A stretch of DNA of 64,000 nt from Alphaproteobacteria bacterium (GCA_033762625.1 JANRLI010000005.1:99954-163953), one strand, 5' to 3'. Positions 48,480 to 58,857 are shown, numbered from the stretch's first letter. Numbers and translations: made by a program. The notes: a model not told the origin generated them from the sequence alone.

Positions 48480-49348
48480 AACGGTGTTTAGCATGCGGTG
48501 GATATTATAATTCCACTTACCCAAATTGCCCGCAATGCCACGTAAAACCCCAATTAATAGATGGATTTGAAGCGCATGCCCCAGCTTTCGCGCGTGAAAG
48601 CAGCGGGTTCAAGCCAGAATATTTCTCCGAGTTGGCCAAGCTTGAAGCCGCCAATTTCTGGTTTAAATCGCGTAACGCGATACTTGTATGGGCGTTAAAA
48701 ACCTATGCGCAGGTTTTTGGCTCGTTCCTTGAAATTGGTTGTGGCACGGCGTTTGTATTGTCCGGAATTGCTGCGGTATTTCCAAATGCCAAATTATTTG
48801 GCAGTGAAATTTTAACCGCAGGCCTCGGTTTTGCTGCGCAGCGTTTGCCCCAGGCAAAATTCATGCAGATGGATGCGCGTGATATTCCGTTTAAAGACGA
48901 GTTTGATGTGATAGGCGCATTCGATGTGCTTGAACATATTGAAGAAGACCAACAAGTGCTGGCGCAAATTCATCAGGCCTTAAAGCCGCAGGGTATTGTT
49001 ATGCTGACTGTGCCGCAGCATGAATGGCTGTGGAGTGCAGCAGATGAATATGCCTGCCATGTGCGCCGCTATACACGTGAAGAAATTGAAACCAAGGTAA
49101 AAAAAGCAGGCTTCAAAATTTTGCGCAGCACGTCATTTATTACAGTATTGCTGCCCGCCATGATGGCTTCGCGCCTGTTGTCAAACAAAGTACCCGTAAA
49201 GGAATATGATGCGCAGGCGGAGCTACGACTGCCCCAATACGTCAATTCATTGTTTTTATTGCTTTTAAATTGCGAGCTGGCCCTGATTAAATTAGGCATT
49301 AATCTGCCGATTGGTGGATCACGGCTAGTGGTCGCCAAACGTATCTAA
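48476..49348 (+). CDS. SAM methyltransferase with an N-terminal CxxC...CxxC zinc ribbon
   Basis: CLACGGYYNSTYPNCPQC, then LEIGCGTAFVL motif I. Confidence 0.65.
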   Translation: MKRCLACGGYYNSTYPNCPQCHVKPQLIDGFEAHAPAFARESSGFKPEYFSELAKLEAANFWFKSRNAILVWALKTYAQVFGSFLEIGCGTAFVLSGIAAVFPNAKLFGSEILTAGLGFAAQRLPQAKFMQMDARDIPFKDEFDVIGAFDVLEHIEEDQQVLAQIHQALKPQGIVMLTVPQHEWLWSAADEYACHVRRYTREEIETKVKKAGFKILRSTSFITVLLPAMMASRLLSNKVPVKEYDAQAELRLPQYVNSLFLLLLNCELALIKLGINLPIGGSRLVVAKRI

Positions 49349-49364
49349 TTTTCGGAGTTGTGTT

Positions 49365-50498
49365 ATGGCGCCATCCCGCATTCCCTTTAACCTGCCGCAC
49401 ATGACGGGCAAGGAAATGGAATATATTGCGCAATCGCATCGCAATGGAAAATTGGCAGGTGATGGCCCTTTTACCAAGCAATGTCATGGTTGGCTCGAAC
49501 AACGCACAGGTTCTGCTAAAGCATTACTGACCCATTCCTGTACGGCTGCGTTGGAAATGGCGGCGTTGCTTTTGGATATTCGGCCGGGTGATGAAATCAT
49601 CATGCCGTCTTATACCTTTGTGTCGACGGCTAATGCATTCGTACTGCGCGGCGGTGTACCGGTGTTTGTCGATATCCGGCCCGATACACTGAATTTAAAT
49701 GAAAACTTAATTGAAGAAGCAATTACGCCGCGCACGCGCGCAATCGTACCCGTGCATTATGCCGGTGTTGCATGCGAGATGGATGCAATTATGGGTATTG
49801 CAAAAAAGCACAAACTTGCTGTGGTTGAAGATGCAGCACAGGGGGTGATGGCAAGCTATAAGGGTAGAGCGCTGGGCAGCATCGGCGATTTGGGGGCATA
49901 TAGTTTTCATGAAACCAAGAATGTTATTTCGGGCGAAGGCGGCGCATTGCTGGTCAACCGTCCGGATATGCAGCTGCGCGCAGAAATCATCCGTGAAAAA
50001 GGAACAGATCGCAGCCGTTTTTTCCGCGGTGAAGTTGATAAATATACATGGCAGGAAGTAGGATCATCATTCTTGCCCGGCGAGTTGATTGCTGCATTCT
50101 TATGGGCCCAATTCGAACAGGCCGATGAAATTACCAAAGGCCGTATGGAGGCATGGAATTATTACCATGACCAGCTATCACACTTGGAAGGCAAAGGCGT
50201 ATTACGGCGTCCACTCATTCCTAACGCATGCCAGCATAATGCCCATATGTATTATGTTTTGCTGGCTGAAGGCATTGACCGTCAGTACGTGCTGAACGAA
50301 TTTAAAAAACAAGATATTTCCTGCGTATTCCATTATGTGCCGCTGCATTCATCGCCTGCTGGTTTGAAATATGGCCGTGCGCATGGTGAATTGAATGTCA
50401 CGGATAAACAGGCTGAACGGTTAGTACGCTTGCCGTTATGGGTTGGGTTAAGCCGCGCACAACAAGATAATGTGATTGATATTTTAAAAGCGCTTTGA
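49365..50498 (+). CDS. DegT/DnrJ/EryC1-family aminotransferase (WecE/ArnB-like 4-amino sugar transaminase)
   Basis: 377 aa. ...SFHETKNVISGEGGALLV catalytic Lys region and EDAAQGVMA motif. Confidence 0.85.
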   Translation: MAPSRIPFNLPHMTGKEMEYIAQSHRNGKLAGDGPFTKQCHGWLEQRTGSAKALLTHSCTAALEMAALLLDIRPGDEIIMPSYTFVSTANAFVLRGGVPVFVDIRPDTLNLNENLIEEAITPRTRAIVPVHYAGVACEMDAIMGIAKKHKLAVVEDAAQGVMASYKGRALGSIGDLGAYSFHETKNVISGEGGALLVNRPDMQLRAEIIREKGTDRSRFFRGEVDKYTWQEVGSSFLPGELIAAFLWAQFEQADEITKGRMEAWNYYHDQLSHLEGKGVLRRPLIPNACQHNAHMYYVLLAEGIDRQYVLNEFKKQDISCVFHYVPLHSSPAGLKYGRAHGELNVTDKQAERLVRLPLWVGLSRAQQDNVIDILKAL

Positions 50499-50559
50499 TG
50501 GGCGCTTATCGGGTTTATTTGGTCAACGGATGCAACAGCGTTGCTCAACGCGTATAAAA

Positions 50560-50633
50560 TGGTTGGGGGACGTGGATTCGAACCACGGTAAACAGAGTCA
50601 GAGTCTGTTGTCCTACCGCTAGACGATCCCCCA
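50560..50633 (-). tRNA. tRNA-Gln (anticodon CUG)
   Basis: Manual fold of the minus strand: UGGGGGA acceptor with a U1:A72 pair, D-arm GUCU/GGAC, anticodon stem ACAGA/UCUGU with loop CUCUGAC, T-arm CGUGG-UUCGAAU-CCACG, discriminator A and encoded CCA. Confidence 0.85.
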
Positions 50634-50673
50634 ATTGGGTCAAAGTTTACGCGCAGATGGGCCGAAGCCAAAC

Positions 50674-50925
50674 CTATTTTTTGCCGGTTGTTTTATCATA
50701 CACATATCCAGCGCCAGCGCCCACTGCGCCGCCAATGGCCGCGCCACACGCAACACAGCCGCCTGTCATTACCGTCACGGCTGCGCCAGTTCCTGCGCCA
50801 ATTGCACCGCCGGAAAGGGTGCGTTGCTGCGTTGTGTTCATATCGCTGCAAGCAGTCAGGCCAACCAAAACAGTTACAAGTAAAGCCATGGCGCGAATGC
50901 TGCGTGAAGTGAATATCGAATTCAT
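50674..50925 (-). CDS. Glycine-zipper lipoprotein (17 kDa surface antigen / Slp-like)
   Basis: Lipobox LTAC. Gly-zipper GAIGAGTGAAVTVMTGGCVACGAAIGGAVGAGAGY. Confidence 0.6.
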   Translation of the reverse strand: MNSIFTSRSIRAMALLVTVLVGLTACSDMNTTQQRTLSGGAIGAGTGAAVTVMTGGCVACGAAIGGAVGAGAGYVYDKTTGKK

Positions 50926-51097
50926 AATAAACCTCTTATAGGTTAATAATCATAAGGCTGGGATGATGGATCTAAAATTAACCGAAAATCGTTTTTAAAA
51001 CAATGTCCATTCAGCGATTTGCATTAGTTCTATAAATACATTGAAAATTCCGTTATGAATTCTGTATCTAAAATATCAATTAAGGCAGCACGACATT

Positions 51098-51856
51098 ATG
51101 GCAGGCAAGCCTCCAAAACATAACGGGAAAAAAGCCGGATCAAAAAGTAAAAGCGCTGCAAAGCTTGGCACCAGTTCCGGGCGCCATTTGAATGTGCGCG
51201 TCAAGAAAGCCAAGAAACTGAGCAATTCATCGGTGCGATGGTTGTCACGCCAACTGAATGACCCATATGTTCATGCCGCCAAGCGCGATGGATATCGTTC
51301 CCGCGCCGCTTATAAACTGCTGCAACTGGATGAAAAATTTTCACTCGTAAAGCCTGGCATGCGCATCATTGATTTAGGCGCGGCGCCCGGCGGGTGGAGC
51401 CAAGTATTATCTGAGATTGTGTTCAAGCAGAATAAGCAAGACAAGGTCAGCCAGATTATTGCGCTGGATATTTTGCCGATGGAACCACTTACCCATGTCA
51501 CCGTGTTCCACGCCGATTTCACAGCAGATGATGCGCCGGAGAAAATCCGCGGCGCATTAAATGGCAAGGCTGATTTGGTGTTAAGCGATATGGCCGCGCC
51601 TACCACCGGGCATAATGCGACCGACCATTTGCGGATTATCGGCCTTGCGGAACTTGCCTATGATTTTGCGCGTTCCGTGCTTGCACCAAACGGCGCGTTT
51701 GTATGCAAGCTGTTTCAAGGTGGTGCGGATAAGGATTTATTGGCGGTTTTGAAAAAAGATTTTGCCAGCGTCAAACACGCCAAACCTGCTGCATCACGCA
51801 GTGATAGTGCGGAAACTTACGTTGTAGCACAGGGCTTTAGGGGCATATCCGAATAA
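51098..51856 (+). CDS. rlmE: 23S rRNA (uridine2552-2'-O)-methyltransferase RlmE/FtsJ with a basic N-terminal extension
   Basis: SRQLNDPYVHAAKRDGYRSRAAYKLLQLDEKF and IDLGAAPGGWSQV motifs. Confidence 0.85.
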   Translation: MAGKPPKHNGKKAGSKSKSAAKLGTSSGRHLNVRVKKAKKLSNSSVRWLSRQLNDPYVHAAKRDGYRSRAAYKLLQLDEKFSLVKPGMRIIDLGAAPGGWSQVLSEIVFKQNKQDKVSQIIALDILPMEPLTHVTVFHADFTADDAPEKIRGALNGKADLVLSDMAAPTTGHNATDHLRIIGLAELAYDFARSVLAPNGAFVCKLFQGGADKDLLAVLKKDFASVKHAKPAASRSDSAETYVVAQGFRGISE

Positions 51857-51931
51857 TTTGTGAAACGCTGCTTTTTCGCTTTTACTTTCGTTTAAACTCG
51901 CTATATTCGCGAAGGATATGGAGAGATTTAG

Positions 51932-53410
<1,479 letters not shown>

Positions 53411-53415
53411 TCCAG

Positions 53416-54729
53416 ATGAAAGACGGTGCCCAACTCCAAGCCATCATGGATGTGCTGCTGGAAATCAACGATGCTGACCAGCCAGCCGATGCCACGATAG
53501 CCAAGTATTTTCGTGGACATCGTTATATTGGCTCCAAAGACCGCGCAAAGATTTCATCTGCGCTTTACGAGATTCTTCGCCATACGTACCGCCTGAATTG
53601 GTGGGTGGATGAGCTGATGGACGGAAAGCTGTCGGCCGAAGAACGTATTCGCGGCGTGATGATTGCGTTTTTATCGCTCCTTAAAAAATATCCCGCTGAA
53701 GCGGTTACGGCGGTGTTTTCGGGCGGTAAATACGCCCCTGCCGCATTGGAAGATAATGAAGCCGCGTTTCTGAAAAAGCTGGAAGGACGTACACTTGTTC
53801 ACCCCAAGATGAGTGATAGTGTTCGTTTGGAATGCCCGCCATGGGCGTATGGCCTTATGAAGCCTACTTATGGCGATGCATTAGACGATGAAATGCAGGC
53901 GATGCAGGAGCCTGCCAGCGTTGATATCCGCATCAATCCCATCAAAACCAACCGTGATGATGTGCTCCAAGAACTTAGCGCGGCAGATATAAAGGCGAAG
54001 GCAACACCGTTTTCGCCACTTGGCATTCGTGTAGAAGGCCGCCCGTCCTTATCGCAAATGGCACTGTTCAAGGATGGCCGCATTGAAGTGCAGGATGAAG
54101 GCTCGCAAATTCTATCACTCATGCTGGATGCAAAAAGCGGTATGAGTGTTGTAGATTTTTGCGCAGGCGCAGGCGGCAAGACATTGGCGATTGCAGCCGC
54201 GATGAATAATAAAGGCCGCGTAGTGGCTTGCGATGTGGCTGGCAACCGTTTGGAAAAGGCAAAATTACGCTTCCGCCGCGCGGGTCTGCATAATATCGAA
54301 ACCCATGAACTGAAAAACGAGAATGACCAATGGGTCAAACACAATTCGGGAAAATATGACCGTGTGTTAATTGATGCGCCATGCAGTGGCACGGGTACAT
54401 GGCGGCGTAACCCCGATGCGCGCTGGAAACAGCTTGGCCCGTCCTTGGATGATTTATTGGCTATGCAGGGCCGTATTTTGAATTCAGCATCACGACTTGT
54501 GAAAACAGGCGGGCGGTTGGTGTATGCGACGTGCTCGATGCTTCGGGAAGAAAACCAGAAACAGGTTTCAGCATTTCTTGAAAACAATCCTTCATTCAAA
54601 CTGGTGCCGCTCGATATTGCCATGCCTGCACAGCTTAAGAAATTGGCGAAGGGGGAGATGTTAGTGCTCACCCCCGCGCGGCATAAAACCGATGGGTTCT
54701 TTGCGGCAGTCTTGGAACGCGTGGCTTAA
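53416..54729 (+). CDS. rsmB: 16S rRNA m5C methyltransferase (RsmB/Sun family)
   Basis: VVDFCAGAGGKT SAM motif. Catalytic DAPCSGTG and ATCS Cys motifs. Confidence 0.8.
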   Translation: MKDGAQLQAIMDVLLEINDADQPADATIAKYFRGHRYIGSKDRAKISSALYEILRHTYRLNWWVDELMDGKLSAEERIRGVMIAFLSLLKKYPAEAVTAVFSGGKYAPAALEDNEAAFLKKLEGRTLVHPKMSDSVRLECPPWAYGLMKPTYGDALDDEMQAMQEPASVDIRINPIKTNRDDVLQELSAADIKAKATPFSPLGIRVEGRPSLSQMALFKDGRIEVQDEGSQILSLMLDAKSGMSVVDFCAGAGGKTLAIAAAMNNKGRVVACDVAGNRLEKAKLRFRRAGLHNIETHELKNENDQWVKHNSGKYDRVLIDAPCSGTGTWRRNPDARWKQLGPSLDDLLAMQGRILNSASRLVKTGGRLVYATCSMLREENQKQVSAFLENNPSFKLVPLDIAMPAQLKKLAKGEMLVLTPARHKTDGFFAAVLERVA

Positions 54730-54738
54730 GCAGTTTGA

Positions 54739-55857
54739 TTAAGCAGCCAGTGCGTCTTCCGCCGTCTGGTAACTCTTGTTCAAAGCTTCGGCTACTTCCT
54801 TATGGGTCACTTTGCCTTTGGAAATGTTAAGGCCTTTGCGGAAGCCGGCATTTTCAAGCAAGGCCAGTTTGTAGCCCTTATTTGCCAAGGCCAGAACATA
54901 AGGCAATGTCGCGTTATTGAGCGCAAAGGTGGATGTACGCGCAACGGCGCCCGGCATATTGGCAACACAGTAATGAATGACACCGTCAATCGTATAGATG
55001 GGGTCGGCATGTGTAGTTGCTTTTGATGTTTCAAAGCAGCCGCCTTGGTCAATTGAAACGTCAACCAGCACGGAGCCTTTTTTCATCTGGCTAATCATAT
55101 CGCGCGTGATAAGGCGTGGTGCAGCAGCGCCTGGCACCAATACCGCACCAATGACAAGGTCAGCTTCCAATGCATAACGCTCAATCGCGTGGTCGGTTGC
55201 GTAAACCGTGCTGATGGATGCACCAAAGAACATATCCAGTTCTTTCATGCGTTCGTTTGATTTTTCAATCACGGTTACATGTGCGCCCATGCCGATGGCA
55301 ACTTTAGCTGCATTGGTTCCAACTACGCCGCCACCCAGCACAACTACGTTACCCGCATTCACGCCCGGTACGCCTGATAATAAAACGCCGCGCCCGCCAT
55401 ATGTTTTTTCAAGGTAATGCGCGCCTGCTTGAATGCTCATGCGGCCTGCGACCTCCGACATCGGAGCCAAGAGGGGTAATCGGCCGCGTTCGTCGGTGAC
55501 GGTTTCATAAGCAATAGCTATGCAGCCTGATTCCATCAGCATCATCGCCTGTTGTGGATCTGGCGCAAGATGCAGATAGGTGAACAGAATTTGACCTTCG
55601 CGCAGCATTTTGCATTCGCCGGGTTGTGGTTCCTTTACCTTCACAATCATATCGGCGCGTTTGAAGATTTCAGCGGCGGAACCCACCATTTCTGCGCCTG
55701 CTTTAATATAATCAGCATCATCAAGACCGATGGATGTACCAGCATCCGTTTGCACAATCACCTTGTGGCCATGCTTGATACATTCGCGCACCGCGGCAGG
55801 GGTAAGGCCAACGCGGTATTCGTGGTTCTTAATCTCTTTTGGAACGCCAATTAACAT
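54739..55857 (-). CDS. ald: Alanine dehydrogenase
   Basis: MLIGVPKEIKNHEYRVGLTP N-terminus. VVVLGGGVVGTNAA NAD motif. Confidence 0.9.
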   Translation of the reverse strand: MLIGVPKEIKNHEYRVGLTPAAVRECIKHGHKVIVQTDAGTSIGLDDADYIKAGAEMVGSAAEIFKRADMIVKVKEPQPGECKMLREGQILFTYLHLAPDPQQAMMLMESGCIAIAYETVTDERGRLPLLAPMSEVAGRMSIQAGAHYLEKTYGGRGVLLSGVPGVNAGNVVVLGGGVVGTNAAKVAIGMGAHVTVIEKSNERMKELDMFFGASISTVYATDHAIERYALEADLVIGAVLVPGAAAPRLITRDMISQMKKGSVLVDVSIDQGGCFETSKATTHADPIYTIDGVIHYCVANMPGAVARTSTFALNNATLPYVLALANKGYKLALLENAGFRKGLNISKGKVTHKEVAEALNKSYQTAEDALAA

Positions 55858-55879
55858 CGTCAGGGTCTCCTATTGCTTG

Positions 55880-56743
55880 TTATTTTTTGGGTATGAAATT
55901 CAGAACAAATTTGATCATGGTTGGCATAAGCGTGGGTCGGATCAACCGCGCATCAAACGGCGCCATGCGCTTATCGTTTTCCGACAGGCAAAGCTCCAGA
56001 AATTCGCGCACATTAAAATCTGCTGCGAAATTCTGTCCGCCTGCGGCAACAAAATTATCGCTGCCGCTTGCAGCATCACCCGCGATATCAAGACGGCCAA
56101 AGGCATTTAATAGCAGTGCGCCAATGCAGCGAATACGGAAGATGATGCGGTCAATTAAGGATTTATTGGCGGCCTGCCATGCTACCCAGTTCACAAAAAA
56201 CAGGATATGACGGCCTTCCTCGCGGATAACGGGTTCAAAGGTATCTACCAGTGCAGGCGGAAAAAAACCGGAGCGCTTGGCAAGTTCGAACAGACCAAAT
56301 GCAAAAAAGCTGTCAAAGCATTCACCATACCCCGTGCGCAGGAACGCCCATTCAGGATCTTTATCAGCTTTGTATTCAGGTTCGGGTTTTAAGGTGATGC
56401 CATAGGCATTGATCATGTGTTCCAGCACATGTTTATGACGCGCTTCTTCGAACGCGTTCAGTGCTACGGCTTCTTTCAGCAAGGTGTCATTCAATGTATC
56501 GGCAAGGCGTTGCACGCGAATGGATGCAAAGCCTTCGGTTTGCACGGCCACATCCCAAAAGGGCAGCGATGTAATGCGTTGCAACGCATCGGGCTCCAGT
56601 TTTGGCCATTCGATAACCGCCGGCTTATACGCATCGAAGGTATCCAGCAGCATGCGGCAAAAGGCGTGCTTATGCTCGGGAGAGCCGATCTTTAGAGGTG
56701 GCTGGGTGGGGATTTCGTGGACTGAAAACGCGGCGTGGGACAT
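55880..56743 (-). CDS. Ferritin-like diiron-carboxylate protein (second E/ExxH/E/ExxH protein in the window)
   Basis: QTEGF ... EEARHKH ... FELAK ... EEGRHILFF ligand pattern. 22 nt upstream of ald on the same strand. Confidence 0.5.
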   Translation of the reverse strand: MSHAAFSVHEIPTQPPLKIGSPEHKHAFCRMLLDTFDAYKPAVIEWPKLEPDALQRITSLPFWDVAVQTEGFASIRVQRLADTLNDTLLKEAVALNAFEEARHKHVLEHMINAYGITLKPEPEYKADKDPEWAFLRTGYGECFDSFFAFGLFELAKRSGFFPPALVDTFEPVIREEGRHILFFVNWVAWQAANKSLIDRIIFRIRCIGALLLNAFGRLDIAGDAASGSDNFVAAGGQNFAADFNVREFLELCLSENDKRMAPFDARLIRPTLMPTMIKFVLNFIPKK

Positions 56744-56872
56744 AAGAAACCTCGTCTATGGATGATGGGCGAATTAAGGCCAATTTGCTTTTAAATGCAA
56801 TCGTTAATGTTTAGGCCTTTTTTAATCGATAAGCACTTGCCAATTAAGGGTTTGCGAGCCACATAATGTCGC

Positions 56873-57349
56873 ATGACCACACGATTATCCATCTTCAGCA
56901 GCCCTTTATTGCTTGGCTTTGACCAGTTCGAACGCACCCTTGAGCGATGCACCAAGGGTAGCGATAGTTATCCGCCCTATAATATCGAGCAGACAGGCGA
57001 GCATACGTTGCGCATTACCTTGGCGGTGGCCGGTTTTGGTATGGACGATTTATCGGTGCACACCGAAGACAGCCAATTGGTCATTCGCGGACGCGCGCGC
57101 GAAGAATCTTCCCCAGACCCGCAGCGGATTTTTTTGCATAAGGGAATCGCCGCGCGCCAATTCCAGCGGATCTTTGTGCTAGCGGAAGGCATCGAAATTG
57201 GTGCCGCATATCTTGATAATGGCCTTCTGAATATTGATTTGCGCCGCCCGGTGGTTGAACCAAAAATCCAGTCGATTCCCATTACCAAAGGCCACACGCC
57301 GTCAAATAACCGGGTTTCCATCAAGACCGACCATAACAACGAACGCTGA
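56873..57349 (+). CDS. Hsp20/alpha-crystallin small heat-shock protein
   Basis: 158 aa. YNIEQTGEHTLRITLAVAGF ... LLNIDL alpha-crystallin domain. Confidence 0.85.
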   Translation: MTTRLSIFSSPLLLGFDQFERTLERCTKGSDSYPPYNIEQTGEHTLRITLAVAGFGMDDLSVHTEDSQLVIRGRAREESSPDPQRIFLHKGIAARQFQRIFVLAEGIEIGAAYLDNGLLNIDLRRPVVEPKIQSIPITKGHTPSNNRVSIKTDHNNER

Positions 57350-57484
57350 GTTCATCAGTGTTTACGCATGTATATAACCCAGTCTTGTGGCAGTTAATCT
57401 TCTGTTAAGAATACTGAAACGGTCTTTAATCATTCATTATCTTCTATGGGCTTAGAATACGTCCTTCAACGATTGAGGGTGTTC

Positions 57485-57718
57485 ATGAGCCGTGATCTGC
57501 CAAGCAAGAACAGTGAATTGAAAAAAACAATTTCACGCCAAGACTTTAACAGTTTTGGCCTTGAAGATATGGCTTACGTCAAGACCGTTGATGTTGAAGG
57601 ACAAAAATTGCATGCCGTGCATGCGGCAGACGGCACACCACTTACCGTCATCAACACGCGCGATTTGGCATTTGCCACCGTGCGCCAGCACGAGATGGAA
57701 CCACTGTCGGTTCACTAG
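57485..57718 (+). CDS. DUF1150-family small protein
   Basis: Start placed at MSRDLP after a GAGGGTG Shine-Dalgarno sequence. Motif ...FGLEDMAYVKTV... matches the alphaproteobacterial DUF1150 partner of hsp20. Confidence 0.6.
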   Translation: MSRDLPSKNSELKKTISRQDFNSFGLEDMAYVKTVDVEGQKLHAVHAADGTPLTVINTRDLAFATVRQHEMEPLSVH

Positions 57719-57737
57719 GGCGTTTGCCCGTTTCACG

Positions 57738-58409
57738 TTATTGATTGGTTACGAAATATACGCCAGGTATAGTGAAATGTGTATTTGGCGCTGCCAGGCA
57801 TGTTCCCAAATCGATTTTAAACTGCTTGGAAAGTTTCGCGTTTTCTTTTTCGGTCATTTCCGACCAATAGACACCGCCATTTAAATCAACCGCCACAGCA
57901 AGAAAGGCGAGCGATGTTTCATCGCGCTTCAAAAAATCCTTGATAAAGGTGCCGCGGTCAAAGCGCAAATAGCTTTTGGTTGTATTAAACGGTTTGGTCA
58001 TTCCCGAGCGTTCAAACACAGAATTTTCATGGCTGAGGCACAGATAACCCGCGCGGCCCGAGCGTACAACTTCATAGAAATTTGATTTACGTTCCCATGC
58101 AGGCATTTCAACCGCAAGGTAAGCAATGGCACTGACGATGCCAACCCACACCAACGGATTTTTTGCGTATTTAAGGCCAATGCGTTTGACGTTGGCAAAT
58201 AGCTGGTCCTTGTTGATTTCAATCTTTGGCAATTCGACAGGTTTTTTGGGAGCAGGTTTTGCTGCTGCTTTCTTGGTACCGACTTTTTTCGGGACCGTTT
58301 TTTTATCTTTAGTTGGCGGCTTCCACATTCTTTTCGCCTTCCGAAAGCAGGGCGTAGAGAGCCTTGGCATCGCTGGCAGCGCGTAACTTGTCGCAGAACG
58401 CCTTTTCAC
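57738..58409 (-). CDS. Hypothetical protein with a Lys/Pro-rich N-terminus and a single TM
   Basis: 223 aa ORF. The start is probably internal (MWKPP, ~58328). No family recognised. Confidence 0.35.
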   Translation of the reverse strand: MKRRSATSYALPAMPRLSTPCFRKAKRMWKPPTKDKKTVPKKVGTKKAAAKPAPKKPVELPKIEINKDQLFANVKRIGLKYAKNPLVWVGIVSAIAYLAVEMPAWERKSNFYEVVRSGRAGYLCLSHENSVFERSGMTKPFNTTKSYLRFDRGTFIKDFLKRDETSLAFLAVAVDLNGGVYWSEMTEKENAKLSKQFKIDLGTCLAAPNTHFTIPGVYFVTNQ

Positions 58410-58791
58410 GGAACATACGGCTTATTTTGGCAAGTGCTTTTAAATGGTCTGCGCCGGCATCATGGGGTGCAAGCAGCATAAACAACAAATCAACGGGCTT
58501 TTCATCTATCGCTTCGAAATCAATCGGCTGCGATAAACGGGCAAAGAACCCGAATACTTTATCGGTGTTTTCAACCTTGCCATGTGGAATGGCAATGCCG
58601 TGGCCGACGCCAGTTGTGCCCAGTTTTTCACGGGCAAATAGCACATCAAACACCACATGTTCGGAAAGACCTGTAATCGGCGCTGCGAGCTTTGCAAGTT
58701 CGTGTAGCGCCTGTTTTTTATTCTCGACATCCAGATTGGCAAGAATATGCCCTTCACGAATAAGGCCATCGTTTGGTTCACGTTTGGTCAT
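58309..58791 (-). CDS. ptsN: PTS IIA-Ntr nitrogen regulatory protein
   Basis: Phosphorylation-site region GTTGVGHGIAIPHG. Start placed at MTKREPND. Confidence 0.8.
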   Translation of the reverse strand: MTKREPNDGLIREGHILANLDVENKKQALHELAKLAAPITGLSEHVVFDVLFAREKLGTTGVGHGIAIPHGKVENTDKVFGFFARLSQPIDFEAIDEKPVDLLFMLLAPHDAGADHLKALAKISRMFREKAFCDKLRAASDAKALYALLSEGEKNVEAAN

Positions 58792-58857
58792 GATTTTCTT
58801 TTCCGGGTTTTTGTTTTCGGATGTTTCTTGTTTGCGTGCGAGCATGGAACACCGTTT

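Noticed and set aside
14461-50640. Classical integrative genomic island at tRNA-Gln
   Set aside because: The window contains no integrase, excisionase or transposase. I could not see a direct repeat of the tRNA 3' end. The bio operon and housekeeping-like genes are interspersed. I keep this only as a low-confidence boundary observation.
50333-50671. 112-aa ORF on the - strand
   Set aside because: It runs straight through the tRNA-Gln gene, so it is spurious.
53868-54671. 267-aa ORF on the - strand
   Set aside because: It is antisense to rsmB. It is Ser/Ala/Arg-rich with no motif.
56836-56867. Possible sigma-32-type heat-shock promoter (CTTG ... CCACATAAT) upstream of hsp20
   Set aside because: The spacer is about 19 nt and the -10 element would sit only ~6 nt from the start codon. 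The geometry is implausible without transcription-start data.
57379-57400. tggcag-N5-cttc resembling a sigma-54 -24/-12 element upstream of DUF1150
   Set aside because: The GG-N10-GC spacing is not satisfied.
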